From a virus (Duplodnaviria > Caudoviricetes): DNA of 59,573 nt. Where the stretch lies: the IMG/VR virus record IMGVR_UViG_3300028585_000026, positions 1 through 59,573 of that record; one strand, given 5' to 3'. The position numbers and the translations under genes were made by a program. Each line of letters starts with the position of its first letter. Within the stretch, counting starts at the first letter, position 1. This document shows positions 9,484 to 19,320 of the stretch, piece after piece. Under the pieces are notes generated by a model. It was given only the letters and a program-made list of their open reading frames with translations. It made no database searches and was not told where the DNA came from.

Positions 9484-10545
9484 TTAATTCGGCTTATTTT
9501 CAGTGGCCTCGCGCTGAGAAGTCCTTTTCTGTGACTTTCTGAGTTCTTTAGTTAGCGATGTCATTGCCTGAACTGCTTCACTTGCGAAATTGGTGTCAGG
9601 CTTCTTTAATAAATACGAATCCGGCCATTTAATCTGCTCCTCAAGCATCCGCAGCAATGTTTTAATGGCTTCGGTTTTTGCTTCTGTTAGCTCATTTGAT
9701 ATGTCATCACTCGCAAAATAAACCAAAGCAAAACGGTCGAAGATTGACTTAACTTTGAGTAAGTATGTCGCGGTGTCCACAAAGTGGCGGTATTGCCTTA
9801 AAAACCAAGCGCTCAAAAATTCAATGAATATAAAGAGGGTGGCGCAAGAGACAATCCCATATATGAATTCTGTTTGAAATCCTTTGATCCAAGAGACTGT
9901 TTGCCACGTTATTATGGAGATAATAAAGAACACTATCCCAGCGATAGTGTAAGTCGTACCTTTATCGAGTAATAGGGAGGCCTTCTCTTCCGCATTCGAG
10001 GCGCGTTCTTCGAGCTCCCTCGTAATTCCAATGAAGTGGTTGTAGAACTGATTTGAACTATTCTCTTCTTCGTCGTAGTCAGTGTAAATATGGTTGAGCG
10101 ATCTTTCACTTGTGGGGAATGGCCAGACGGTAGCCGGCATCACTCTTTTTTTGAGCCCAAGTCGCTGCCTAATATCGACATCTTGAAAGCTTCTAGACGC
10201 GCTACCAGTTATGGCAGCGGCCGATAACGTCGCCACGAACAGTATCATAAGCGCCAAAATTGTCTGCTGGTTCTCAAAAACCAACGTTGCAATCGCGACT
10301 TTTTTCAGGTCTGCATACAACAATAAAAAGCTGAATCCCACGGCGCTAATACAACCCAAGAGTTGAACGATAAGAATGATCCGCCGTCGTTTCTTTTCGT
10401 TTTCAACAGCTCGTTTATGTGCATGCTCTAATTCATCCTCGAAGTCTTCGCGCTGCTGTCGAAAAAAATTATCCGCAGGGGTGTCATTTTCCGATTGGTG
10501 CGAATTTTCTAGATTATCAGCAGCGGCGGTTGGAGGGATAGTCAT
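9484..10545 (-). CDS. AT-rich 4-TM membrane protein (possible exclusion/defence moron)
   Basis: Two pairs of hydrophobic helices with coiled segments; GC much lower than the phage core. Confidence 0.75.
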   Translation of the reverse strand: MTIPPTAAADNLENSHQSENDTPADNFFRQQREDFEDELEHAHKRAVENEKKRRRIILIVQLLGCISAVGFSFLLLYADLKKVAIATLVFENQQTILALMILFVATLSAAAITGSASRSFQDVDIRQRLGLKKRVMPATVWPFPTSERSLNHIYTDYDEEENSSNQFYNHFIGITRELEERASNAEEKASLLLDKGTTYTIAGIVFFIISIITWQTVSWIKGFQTEFIYGIVSCATLFIFIEFLSAWFLRQYRHFVDTATYLLKVKSIFDRFALVYFASDDISNELTEAKTEAIKTLLRMLEEQIKWPDSYLLKKPDTNFASEAVQAMTSLTKELRKSQKRTSQREATENKPN

Positions 10546-10629
10546 GGAGTTTCAAAAGGTTATCAAGATCGACACCTCATTGTGCCGTTTCGCTCGCGCG
10601 AGTATAGCTGCTGCTGAGTTGCAAAAATC

Positions 10630-11154
10630 TCACCAATCTTCACGGCGTGGCGCGACCGTCACATCTCGACCGTTCAGCGATAGTTCGGTGATCAGCCCAG
10701 TTGCAAGATCCCCCCTGCAGGTAGCGGCCGCAGCATTTAGAACGCCCTCGCTATCAGAGTAGTAAAAGGTACCCTTGGGCCAAACGAAATAGAAATCTGG
10801 TGGTGTGCCATAGTTCCTGGCGGCTGGTGGTAAAGGGACCTTTACGCCGATAGAAAGGGCTGAAATGCGTTTTTGACAGGTCATCAGCGCGGCCAGTTCT
10901 TTAAGCCCGCGCGGAGTGTCATCGACAGGCGCCATCCGTTCATAACCCAGCGATACGAGTGCGGCTGCCATCACCAGCAAAACCCCAGCGACAGTCCATC
11001 CCCGTGGACTTAGCCATGCCATGGATGAGCCAGGATGAGGAAGCGGGTGCTCTGCGTAAAATTGCGAGAGGGGTTGACCGCACCATGGGCATTTCACAAA
11101 CTGTGTTCGCCGCGAGAGTACAAATTTGCATGCTGGACAAATGATCTGTGGCAT
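10630..11154 (-). CDS. Zn-ribbon + TM protein
   Basis: CPAC/CPWC then a hydrophobic helix. Confidence 0.6.
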   Translation of the reverse strand: MPQIICPACKFVLSRRTQFVKCPWCGQPLSQFYAEHPLPHPGSSMAWLSPRGWTVAGVLLVMAAALVSLGYERMAPVDDTPRGLKELAALMTCQKRISALSIGVKVPLPPAARNYGTPPDFYFVWPKGTFYYSDSEGVLNAAAATCRGDLATGLITELSLNGRDVTVAPRREDW

Positions 11155-11241
11155 GACGGTGACCGATTAGAGAAAGCTGGATTGATGAGCTTTTGATCGA
11201 CCATGCTACGCCATTCAATCCGTATGAAATCTAGCCAATAC

Positions 11242-11523
11242 TCACCAGGCCGCCCGCCGGTTGCCGTCGATGGGCATCTCTTGCCATTCGATGTCTTCGG
11301 CGCCTGCCAGCAATTCAAACAGCGGCCGCTCTGAGTCGTGCGCTGCATATGCGCGCGCGGTGCGCCAACTCGAGTCATCGTTCGCCACCAGGACCGCCGG
11401 CAGTTCGAACTGCTGCTCTAGCTGGTGGACCAGGCCGGGCGCATACCTTCCACCCAACTGCCACCGTTCTACAAGCACCACCACCGTGCGCACGCCGCGC
11501 ACGCGCAAAACCGCATACTGCAT
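11242..11523 (-). CDS. Hypothetical protein coupled to cI
   Basis: TAATG overlap with the cI stop. Confidence 0.6.
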   Translation of the reverse strand: MQYAVLRVRGVRTVVVLVERWQLGGRYAPGLVHQLEQQFELPAVLVANDDSSWRTARAYAAHDSERPLFELLAGAEDIEWQEMPIDGNRRAAW

Positions 11524-12326
11524 TACAGCCTTTCGCTTTCCTTCCGTACCACACGGCCGACGATGATGCAGTCGTTTCCGTTGCAGATCCTGCGGTAGTA
11601 CTTGCGCTGATCCAAGTGGTCTGAGGTCAGCCACCATTGGCCCGCGTCGCGCGTCAGGCGCTTTACCGCAGGCTCACCTTCGTAGTTAATCGCATATACG
11701 TGGCCGTCGGCAGGGCGAGTGTCGGCGAGGTTGACCACCACCAGGTCATCTTCGTAGAGCGTGGGCTCCATGCTCTCGCCCTTCACGCGGATGGCAATGA
11801 GTTGCTCGCGGTGGTAGCCGTTCCGTACGATCCAGTCGGTTGGCACCGTCGTCGTCGATCCATCGAAGCGCTCTGGCTCTACCTGGAACCCACTGATGCC
11901 GGCCGACAGGCGCAGCTTTACCTTCGGGATATGGGTAAGCGCGGGGTCGTCGTTGTCGACCACTCGGACAGGCTTCGCACCCGGCATCAGGCGGAGGATG
12001 TCCTCTTGGCTCAATTTCCGATCCTCAGACGGCTGATCTGTCGGGCCAGCAGCAGGGTCCATAGTGGATGGCTCGATGCCGTCTCGTTCGGCAGTCGCGA
12101 GAGCTTCGTCGTCGAGGCGCCCCTTCGGTAATGCCAGTGCGGACTCGATCACCTTCTGCATGTCCTCGCCGATCCCCTTTTTGCCGCTCTTGCCCTCCGG
12201 GTAGAGCATGCGCGACACGTACGAGGCGGATCGGTCGATCTTCTCAGCCAGGCTCGCCGCTTTTCCTTCGCAGTGTGTGCGTATAACCGCCCGCAGGTTG
12301 AGTCTGCGGATTTCAAATTTGTCCAT
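11523..12326 (-). CDS. cI: CI-like repressor (HTH + S24 peptidase)
   Basis: N-terminal HTH (ASLAEKIDRSASYVSRM), AG cleavage site, VKGESMEP Ser and VKRL Lys; divergent from cro. Confidence 0.92.
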   Translation of the reverse strand: MDKFEIRRLNLRAVIRTHCEGKAASLAEKIDRSASYVSRMLYPEGKSGKKGIGEDMQKVIESALALPKGRLDDEALATAERDGIEPSTMDPAAGPTDQPSEDRKLSQEDILRLMPGAKPVRVVDNDDPALTHIPKVKLRLSAGISGFQVEPERFDGSTTTVPTDWIVRNGYHREQLIAIRVKGESMEPTLYEDDLVVVNLADTRPADGHVYAINYEGEPAVKRLTRDAGQWWLTSDHLDQRKYYRRICNGNDCIIVGRVVRKESERL

Positions 12327-12344
12327 GCGGCATTCAAACAGCAA

Positions 12345-12402
12345 TTTACTTGCAGGTAAATGACCTGCAGGTATTGACTTCGACTTTACCCAAGGGTAAA
12401 TT
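12345..12402 (+). promoter_or_regulatory. oR operators (three sites) and pR promoter
   Basis: 16-bp palindromes 12345-12360, 12360-12375 and 12385-12400 (consensus TTTACC-N4-GGTAAA); TTGACT-N17-TAAATT. Confidence 0.8.
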
Positions 12403-12408
12403 AGTGAC

Positions 12409-12657
12409 ATGGACAAATTGCTTAAGTACCTCAACTCCCTCGGCAAGGATGATCGCGCCGCATTCGTATCTGCATGCGGGACCAGCGAGGGGTATCTGCG
12501 CAAGGCCGCAAGCCGCCACCAGTCGTTCCGGGCCGAACTCTGCATCCTGCTCGAGCGCGAATCGTCCGGTGCGGTGCGATGCGAAGACCTGTTGCCGGAT
12601 GCGGACTGGGCATATATCCGGTCGCAATCCACCGCGGCGGCGCCGAACCCTGGCTGA
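12409..12657 (+). CDS. cro: Cro/YdaS-like repressor
   Basis: Short HTH, GAVRCEDLLPDADW C-terminal motif, divergent from cI. Confidence 0.85.
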   Translation: MDKLLKYLNSLGKDDRAAFVSACGTSEGYLRKAASRHQSFRAELCILLERESSGAVRCEDLLPDADWAYIRSQSTAAAPNPG

Positions 12658-12765
12658 GCAGGCCGGGCGAAACGGCGGTAGGTCATGGCGGTCATGGGTT
12701 CTTCGGGTCGGCAGTAGTTAAACAGTGTTGCCAGATTAGCTTGCAAATAAGAAAGAGTCACGAAT

Positions 12766-13353
12766 ATGGGTATTCAAAAACAGTCTCTGGTTGAAGTCCT
12801 CCGGTCCTCGATCGAAGCGTGGCGCACTGCCCAGTACATGACCAGCCGCGAAGCGATCGCGATTGCCATTACCGAAGCGCACCAGGCGCACGCCGCCGGC
12901 AGCGCGAAGGAGATTAGCTTCGAGTTCGCGGGCAGCGACGTCTATGACCGCGCGAAGAAGTCAGCCCAGAAGATTTTCCGCTGGCTCGACGAGGGCAACC
13001 TGCCGGCCAACATGATCCCGTCGATCCTCGCTGCGTTGCCGGCCGAGCACCGCATGGCCGCGCTGAACCAGATCCTGTGCCCGCTGGGCATCGAGGCGCG
13101 TCCGGTCGACCAGGTACCGTCGATCGGCTTCGACACGATGAAACACCTCCGCTCGATCACGAAGGAGGGCGCCGAGGCAAAGATGGCGCTGCTCAGCGTG
13201 GCGCCCGAGGCCAGCGACGCCGAGCTGCTCGCCGCGCACCGCGAGCTGGCCGAAGCCGAGCAGGCGTACGGCGCCGCCGCGGCGGACCTGATGGCCAAGA
13301 TCACTGCTCGCCAGGCGCTGGCCCAGATGCGCGCGAGCTCCCAGTCGACGTAG
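12766..13353 (+). CDS. CII/YdaT-like regulator
   Basis: Position after cro; QKIFRWLD and SILAALP motifs. Confidence 0.65.
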   Translation: MGIQKQSLVEVLRSSIEAWRTAQYMTSREAIAIAITEAHQAHAAGSAKEISFEFAGSDVYDRAKKSAQKIFRWLDEGNLPANMIPSILAALPAEHRMAALNQILCPLGIEARPVDQVPSIGFDTMKHLRSITKEGAEAKMALLSVAPEASDAELLAAHRELAEAEQAYGAAAADLMAKITARQALAQMRASSQST

Positions 13354-13409
13354 GCAGCACCCAGGCGGCGGGATGGCGCCGTCACCAACATTAGAACCAG
13401 GGAGACGAC

Positions 13410-13613
13410 TTGAAGAACGTATCGAAATTGATGGACACGCTGCGCGAGCGCTTCCAGATCGCGAGCGACGCGGCACTGGCCCGGGAGCTGGACATCGCTC
13501 CCAGCGTGATCAGCAAGCTGCGCGCCGGCGCGAAGCTGGGCCCGACGGTGATCCTGAGCATTCACGAGCACCTGGGCGTGCCGGTGAAGGAAATCCGCGC
13601 GCTGGCCGCGTAA
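13410..13613 (+). CDS. Small HTH protein
   Basis: SDAALARELDIAPSVISKLRAG. Confidence 0.75.
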   Translation: MKNVSKLMDTLRERFQIASDAALARELDIAPSVISKLRAGAKLGPTVILSIHEHLGVPVKEIRALAA

Positions 13614-13851
13614 AGACCGCTCCCCACCGATACCACGATACCGCGCGCCAGGTCCATGCGACTGACCCGCATCACATAAGGAGAGCAGATGGATCAACAG
13701 AAGGAAGGCGCTGCAGCGGCGCCGGTGCCGGAAGAGCCCGGCCACGTGATGAGCCGTGAGAAATACGAGCAGATGCTCGCAGAGCAGCAGAAGTGAAAAA
13801 GCCTCGATTGCAGTCGAGGCCCTTGAAGCAAATCCCTTGGAAGGAAACCAA

Positions 13852-14136
13852 ATGATAACACCATCAATTCCGTCGGCGGTGCACGGCGGTGAAGATCAGA
13901 CTTCGCCCGAGTTCGCGGCGCGCTCGGCGCACTGGGATGCGGCCCGGCTCGGCGTGGACCAATACTGGGCGCGCCGTCGCCCCAGCTGCGGCGTCTCGTC
14001 GCTGGCCGAGCTTGCCGAGCACGAGGAAACGCTGCGTGCCGGCGACATCGTCTATATCACCCAGGTCAGCCGCCACGTCCTGACTGATAACGACCTGAAT
14101 GCGGCCGCGCGCGCCGTGATCGGCGGTGGAGCATGA
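13852..14136 (+). CDS. Hypothetical protein
   Basis: AAGGA RBS; ATGA overlap with the next gene. Confidence 0.55.
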   Translation: MITPSIPSAVHGGEDQTSPEFAARSAHWDAARLGVDQYWARRRPSCGVSSLAELAEHEETLRAGDIVYITQVSRHVLTDNDLNAAARAVIGGGA

Positions 14137-14861
14137 CGCCGAACAAGCACGCCAACTTGCGCCTGACGGCCAAGCTCCTGCCGGTCATCGCGCCCTTTAT
14201 CGCGAAAGCGGACATCCGCTACTACCTCAACGCCATCAACGTCCGTCCCCACAAGGACGGTGGCGCCATCATTTGCGCCACCAACGGCCATGCCCTGGGC
14301 GCAATCTACGACCGTGATGCGGTCTGCGAGCACGAAGTCATCCTGCGCTTCGACTCGCGGATGCAGCAGGCATGCGCAGCTGGTCTGAAAGATGATCGGC
14401 ACGTCGTGATGATTGGCGATCGCCTAGCCGTCGTCGAGAACGGTGACCGCGATGTGTACATCCAGCCGGGCAAACCCGAAGTTGAAGCCACCTATCCGCG
14501 CTACGAGCGCGTGATACCCAAATGCGAATCGCTCCAAATTGGGTTGCCTGGAACCTTTGGCGCCCCGGTCGTCGAGCTTGCCCACAAAGCGGCCGCAGCG
14601 GCCGCCAAGATCTTCAAGAAGGTCTCGCGCGGTTCCGTAGGCATGACCTTCTACAGCAAGAAGGACGACCCGGCCTCGAGTGCTGTCTTCCGTCTGAGCT
14701 GTGTTCCCGAATTCGTTGGCGTCCTGATGCCAATGCGTGACGACTCCGGTCTGCCGCCAGCGCCGGCATGGGTTGCTGCGCTGCCGGTCGAGGACGACCT
14801 GGCATCGATGACCAAGACCTCTGCTGCCACCGCGGCTCCACGCGAAGAGGTGGCCGCATGA
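14133..14861 (+). CDS. DNA polymerase III beta-clamp-like protein (shortened)
   Basis: DIRYYLNAINV, ATNGHAL, YPRYERVIP and VLMPMR motifs resemble DnaN middle and C-terminal domains. Confidence 0.7.
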   Translation: MTPNKHANLRLTAKLLPVIAPFIAKADIRYYLNAINVRPHKDGGAIICATNGHALGAIYDRDAVCEHEVILRFDSRMQQACAAGLKDDRHVVMIGDRLAVVENGDRDVYIQPGKPEVEATYPRYERVIPKCESLQIGLPGTFGAPVVELAHKAAAAAAKIFKKVSRGSVGMTFYSKKDDPASSAVFRLSCVPEFVGVLMPMRDDSGLPPAPAWVAALPVEDDLASMTKTSAATAAPREEVAA

Positions 14862-15313
14862 CCCGCGCCAGCTACGTCACCCCTGGCCAGACCGCCGCGC
14901 GACTCGACAACCTGCGCCGCCTGGTGGGCGAGCTGCTGGTGCGCTCGATGCGCCGCGACGAGATCGGCGACCTGCTGCAGATGGGACCATCGGGCGTTCG
15001 TAAGTACATCGTCGACCTGGGTAATCGCGTGTCGGTCGTGAAGACTGGCGACGGCCCGGTCTACTTCCTTGCGATGACGCCGGAGCAGGCCCAGGCCTTT
15101 CTCCTGCAGCTGGCCGCGACGCGTGTCTCACGCCCGGTCGGACGTCCAAAGAAGGTCGCCGACGGCGCGCTGGTGGTGCCGGGCCGCCTCATCCACCTGA
15201 TGAAGGACGATGCCCACTATGCGGTGCGCCTGCACTCGGCGCCGGCGGCGCGCGATCCGCTGGTCGCTGCGTTCTTCGGTCCACGCGCGGCGGAGGCGCA
15301 CCATGGCCGGTAA
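14858..15313 (+). CDS. Putative wHTH protein
   Basis: RDEIGDLLQMGPSGVRKYIVDL. Confidence 0.6.
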   Translation: MTRASYVTPGQTAARLDNLRRLVGELLVRSMRRDEIGDLLQMGPSGVRKYIVDLGNRVSVVKTGDGPVYFLAMTPEQAQAFLLQLAATRVSRPVGRPKKVADGALVVPGRLIHLMKDDAHYAVRLHSAPAARDPLVAAFFGPRAAEAHHGR

Positions 15314-15890
15314 GCCTACCCATGGGCTGTCGTACACGCCCGAGTACCGCTGCTGGCAGACGATGCGCCTGCGCTGCAATGAGCCGAGCAATCCTGCGTA
15401 CAAGGATTACGGCGCTCGCGGCATCACGGTGTGCGATCGCTGGATCGAGTCGCCGGCAATCTTCCTGGCCGACATGGGTCCGAAGCCTTCGCCATTGCAC
15501 GAGCTCGATCGTCGCGATAACGACAAGGGCTACTCGCCGGACAACTGCCGCTGGGTGACTCGAAAAGTCAACGACCGCAATCGCCGCTCGAACAGGATGA
15601 TTGACTACCTGGGCGAGACGCAGGCTCTGGCCCACTGGTGCGAACGGTTTGGCATTGCTGGTGATACGGCGAAAAAGCGACTGGACGCTGGCTGGACCGT
15701 CGAGGAAACGTTCACCATTCCAACCCGCGCGAAGGCGCCGAACGGACACGCAAAGCAGGCAGTCAGGCGGCCGTGCATCGAATGCGGCACAGCGACCCTG
15801 GACACCCGCTGCCGCCCGTGCGAGAACCGGGCCCGCCCGCGCCGCGCCAACTTCGCCCGCGAGCGCGAGATTGTCGGGGTGGCAGCATGA
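15303..15890 (+). CDS. HNH-like (homing-type) endonuclease
   Basis: YGARGITVCDRW, LDRRDNDKGYSPDNCRW. Confidence 0.75.
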   Translation: MAGKPTHGLSYTPEYRCWQTMRLRCNEPSNPAYKDYGARGITVCDRWIESPAIFLADMGPKPSPLHELDRRDNDKGYSPDNCRWVTRKVNDRNRRSNRMIDYLGETQALAHWCERFGIAGDTAKKRLDAGWTVEETFTIPTRAKAPNGHAKQAVRRPCIECGTATLDTRCRPCENRARPRRANFAREREIVGVAA

Positions 15891-17116
15891 ACCAGATCGA
15901 AATCTTCGGCGCCGGCGCGCGCCGGATGCAGATGACAGAATCGATCGAGCTGACGATCCAGTCGCTGCTGGCCTACGGGGCCGACCACGACCATTGGGGC
16001 GTGGCCTGGTCAGGCGGGAAGGATTCATCGGCCACGCTGACCTTGCTGATCTACCTGATCGACACCGGCAAGGTGCCGCGACCCAAGACGCTGACCGTGT
16101 TCTATGCGGACACGCGCCAGGAGCTGCTCCCGCTAGCGGCATCGGCGCAGCAGATCATGGACGAACTGGAGGAGCGAGGCATCAAGGTCGAGGTCGTGAT
16201 GGCCCCGCTGGACGACCGCTTCATGGTCTACATCCTTGGCCGCGGCGTGCCGCCGCCGAACAACAACACGCTGCGCTGGTGCACCGGCCAGATCAAGATC
16301 GAACCGATGGAGGAGGCGCTGCGCCGCCACGTCGAAACGCTCGATGGCCAGGTTCTGATGATCACCGGCGTGCGCCAGGGCGAGAGCGCGATCCGCGACC
16401 GCCGCATCGAGATGAGCTGCGGCAAGGATGGCGCCGAGTGCGGGCAGGGCTGGTATCAGCAGGTGTTGCCGAACGCGAAGGGCCTGCGCGGCCGGCTGGC
16501 GACGCTGGCTCCGCTGCTGCACTGGCGCGTATGCCACGTTTGGGAATGGCTCAAGCACTGGGCGCCGATGGCCGAGTTCGGCGACTGGAGCACGGCGGCG
16601 ATCGCTGACGCCTATGGCGGGGACGAGGCTGAAGAGATTAACGCGCGCACCGGGTGCGTTGGCTGCCCGCTGGCCCAGGAAGACTCGGCGCTCGACACCA
16701 TCCTCAACAATCCGCACTGGGCCTACCTGGCTCCGATGAAGGGCATCAAAGTCCTGTGGCGCGAGTTGCGCGAGCCGCAGCATCGCCTGCGGAAGTCTGG
16801 CGCCGAGCGCCTGAAGGACGGCAGCATCGGGAAGAACCCGCAGCGCATGGGGCCGCTCACGCTGGAGGCGCGCCGGATGGGGCTGGAGCGGCTGCTTGCC
16901 ATCCAGGCCGAGGTGAACACTGCAGCTGCGAAGCTGGGGCGCGCGAAGGTCGACATGATCAACGCCGAGGAAGAGGCGCGCATCCGCGAGCTAATTGCTG
17001 CTGGCACGTGGCCGAACAAGTGGGATGGTTCAGAGCCGCTCGCCACCACGATCATGGACACCGTCTACCAGAACGGCGCCGTGCAGCCGCGACTCTTCTC
17101 GGAGGCCGAGCTATGA
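15887..17116 (+). CDS. PAPS reductase family protein (DndC-like)
   Basis: SGGKDS PP-loop, RWCTGQIKIEP, GVRQGES, RTGCVGC. Confidence 0.85.
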   Translation: MNQIEIFGAGARRMQMTESIELTIQSLLAYGADHDHWGVAWSGGKDSSATLTLLIYLIDTGKVPRPKTLTVFYADTRQELLPLAASAQQIMDELEERGIKVEVVMAPLDDRFMVYILGRGVPPPNNNTLRWCTGQIKIEPMEEALRRHVETLDGQVLMITGVRQGESAIRDRRIEMSCGKDGAECGQGWYQQVLPNAKGLRGRLATLAPLLHWRVCHVWEWLKHWAPMAEFGDWSTAAIADAYGGDEAEEINARTGCVGCPLAQEDSALDTILNNPHWAYLAPMKGIKVLWRELREPQHRLRKSGAERLKDGSIGKNPQRMGPLTLEARRMGLERLLAIQAEVNTAAAKLGRAKVDMINAEEEARIRELIAAGTWPNKWDGSEPLATTIMDTVYQNGAVQPRLFSEAEL

Positions 17117-17224
17117 CCTACATCCGCCATTCCGCGTCGCGCTGCGTCGCTTGCGGCCGGCCTGCTGGCCGCGCGCACTCCACCGACTGCCAATTCGCAC
17201 AATTCACTATTCGGAGGGCCGATC

Positions 17225-17638
17225 ATGGCCAGATCTAACGCAATCCGCACCGCGCCGCGCAATGGCGCTTCGTACGCCGCTGGCCATCACCTGCACAAAA
17301 ACGGCCCGCTGACCGAAGGTGAGCTGTTCGCCGCGATTCCATTCGGCAGCCGCAGTACCCCGGCTGAGGATGTGCTGCAGCGCGCGCTAACCTCAGGCTG
17401 GCTGTCGCTGCGTCAGGACGGCAAGATCGACATCAGCTCGTTCGCCCGGGCCCACTACGACCAGCTGGCCGGCGAGGCTGAGCGCCCGGTGGGCCAGATC
17501 GCCGCCGTGCGCACGCCGGCCGATGTCTTCGCGCGTCCGCCGCTGAGCAAAAAGCATATCCCCAACCCGCGCGGTACCCGCCTGGACATTCCGGACTGGT
17601 CGGTGCGCACTGGTCAGTCCTTCCACACGAAAGCCTGA
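17225..17638 (+). CDS. Hypothetical protein (wHTH-like)
   Basis: GGAGG RBS; operon ORF. Confidence 0.6.
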   Translation: MARSNAIRTAPRNGASYAAGHHLHKNGPLTEGELFAAIPFGSRSTPAEDVLQRALTSGWLSLRQDGKIDISSFARAHYDQLAGEAERPVGQIAAVRTPADVFARPPLSKKHIPNPRGTRLDIPDWSVRTGQSFHTKA

Positions 17639-17640
17639 CC

Positions 17641-18267
17641 ATGAGCGAGCAGATTAAAGAACGGCCGATCCTGTTCAGCGGTGCCATGGTGCGCGCGCTG
17701 CTCGACGGCAGCAAGACACAGACGCGGCGGCCGGTGAAGGATGACCCGGGCCCGTACTGGCATCCAGTCGTCGGGTTGTACAACCCTGTGGTGATCGCCA
17801 ATGGTGGCTATGAGGCACCTGGCCCTGAGATCTACGGCGCGGCAGACGAGAACCAGGGGCGCAAATGTCCATACGGTCAGCCCGGGGACTACCTATGGGT
17901 GCGCGAGACCTGGGCGCCGCACCCGGACTTCCCGGAGACCGTGCGCCGCAGCGTGTACCGCGCCGATCCCGAGTGCAAATACGACGTGCCGCGCTGGCGC
18001 CCGAGCATCCATATGCCGCGCTGGGCCAGCCGCATCCTGCTGGAGATCGTGTCGGTGCGCGTCGAGCGGCTGCAGGACATCAGCGAGGCTGACGCTGGTG
18101 CCGAGGGCGCTCTGGAATGGGCGCGTCGCGCGGAAGGCGTCAAAAACGTCCCGAGCCTGATGAACGTGGGGCTCCTCTCGAAGTTGTGGGAGCAGACCTA
18201 TGGCCCAGTCAGCTGGGACATAAACCCCTGGGTATGGGCGATCGAAGTTCGCCGGGTGACGCTGTGA
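17641..18267 (+). CDS. ASCH/PUA-like phage protein
   Basis: RALLDGSKTQTRR, WVRETW, WRPSIHMPRWASRI, NPWVW. Confidence 0.75.
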   Translation: MSEQIKERPILFSGAMVRALLDGSKTQTRRPVKDDPGPYWHPVVGLYNPVVIANGGYEAPGPEIYGAADENQGRKCPYGQPGDYLWVRETWAPHPDFPETVRRSVYRADPECKYDVPRWRPSIHMPRWASRILLEIVSVRVERLQDISEADAGAEGALEWARRAEGVKNVPSLMNVGLLSKLWEQTYGPVSWDINPWVWAIEVRRVTL

Positions 18268-18275
18268 GTAAGTAT

Positions 18276-18521
18276 TCAGTCTCCCCCGTGAGCATCGATC
18301 CACTTACGAGCAATCGTAAATGCGCTTTCCGTGGCCTTCTCGCGATCGCTGAACGCCTCGGCGTCCCTTGCTCTGCGCTGATGCGCGAGTGGCAGAGCGA
18401 TGGGCGGGCGGCTAATGATGTGTTCGTGAATTACGAATGCATTGACAAACTTGCCCGGGGCGGTCCCAGTATTTACGGTAATTGTATAGCCCCGGTATTC
18501 CTGGCTTTGGTCATCTTGCAT
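18276..18521 (-). CDS. Small counter-oriented moron protein
   Basis: EYRGYTITV N-terminus; lower GC. Confidence 0.5.
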   Translation of the reverse strand: MQDDQSQEYRGYTITVNTGTAPGKFVNAFVIHEHIISRPPIALPLAHQRRARDAEAFSDREKATESAFTIARKWIDAHGGD

Positions 18522-18559
18522 GCTGGTCTTCCAATCGGTTGGTGGTCAGGAATCGTAGC

Positions 18560-19075
18560 ATGATGCGCCGCTCACCCCTCAAGCAGGGAAAGCCGCTCGA
18601 GCGCAAGACGCCGATGGCGCGCGGCACTGGCTTCGCGACGCCTGCAGCTGGCGCCGGCTTGCTGCGCGTCGCAGCGGTCCAGGCTCAGGGCCGGGCTCGC
18701 GAGCCGAAGCTGCGCAAGCCGATCGCATCGCGCGGGATGAAAGGCCGCCCGCCGACCGCCGACGAGGCGCGTTTCATGACGGCGGTCGCCGGCCTAGGCT
18801 GCATCGCCTGCAAGAAGGACGGCTGGCACAACCCTGACGTGAGCGTGCATCACATCGACGGCCGTACGAAGCCGGGCGCGCACCTGCTGGTCCTGCCGCT
18901 GTGCGCTGGCCATCACCAGGACGGGACCGGCCCGAACCCAACCCTGATCGCGGTTCATCCGTACAAGGCGCGCTTCGAAGAACGCTATGGCCCGCAGTTG
19001 CAGCTGCTGGTCGAGTGCATGCAAATGATCAGAGGCCAACTGGCCTCGAAAGAATACGAATTGGAGATGGGATGA
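18560..19075 (+). CDS. Ref-family (recombination enhancement) HNH nuclease
   Basis: Basic N-tail, LGCIAC, HHIDGR, LPLCAGHHQ. Confidence 0.75.
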   Translation: MMRRSPLKQGKPLERKTPMARGTGFATPAAGAGLLRVAAVQAQGRAREPKLRKPIASRGMKGRPPTADEARFMTAVAGLGCIACKKDGWHNPDVSVHHIDGRTKPGAHLLVLPLCAGHHQDGTGPNPTLIAVHPYKARFEERYGPQLQLLVECMQMIRGQLASKEYELEMG

Positions 19076-19320
19076 ATATTTACACGCGGCAGTTTGTCGC
19101 AAATTGCCCGAACAACGGCCAGCCGATCATCTACAACCTGCGGATCGAGACCGGGGGGCGGATGATCCAGGTCGAGCACCTTGTCATTGCGACGGCGCTC
19201 ATCGTGCGCGGCTACCATGAAGAGATCGCGGACGAGCTGCATAAGCGCTTCGGCGGCCGTCAGGCCCTGCGCGCGCACCACCATGGCGTTGACATCGAGA
19301 CGATCCGGGAGGACGCATGA
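19072..19320 (+). CDS. Small QueF-like (T-fold) protein
   Basis: FVANCPNNGQP and YHEEIAD resemble the QueF CP..GQP and HE motifs. Confidence 0.5.
   Translation: MNIYTRQFVANCPNNGQPIIYNLRIETGGRMIQVEHLVIATALIVRGYHEEIADELHKRFGGRQALRAHHHGVDIETIREDA

Noticed and set aside
11523-12761. 412-aa version of the repressor
   Set aside because: The extension overlaps cro and the operators; the start at 12326 (MDKFEIRR) fits the HTH and the switch layout
15887-17116. Complete Dnd phosphorothioation system
   Set aside because: Only a DndC-like gene is present; no dndA/B/D/E recognised
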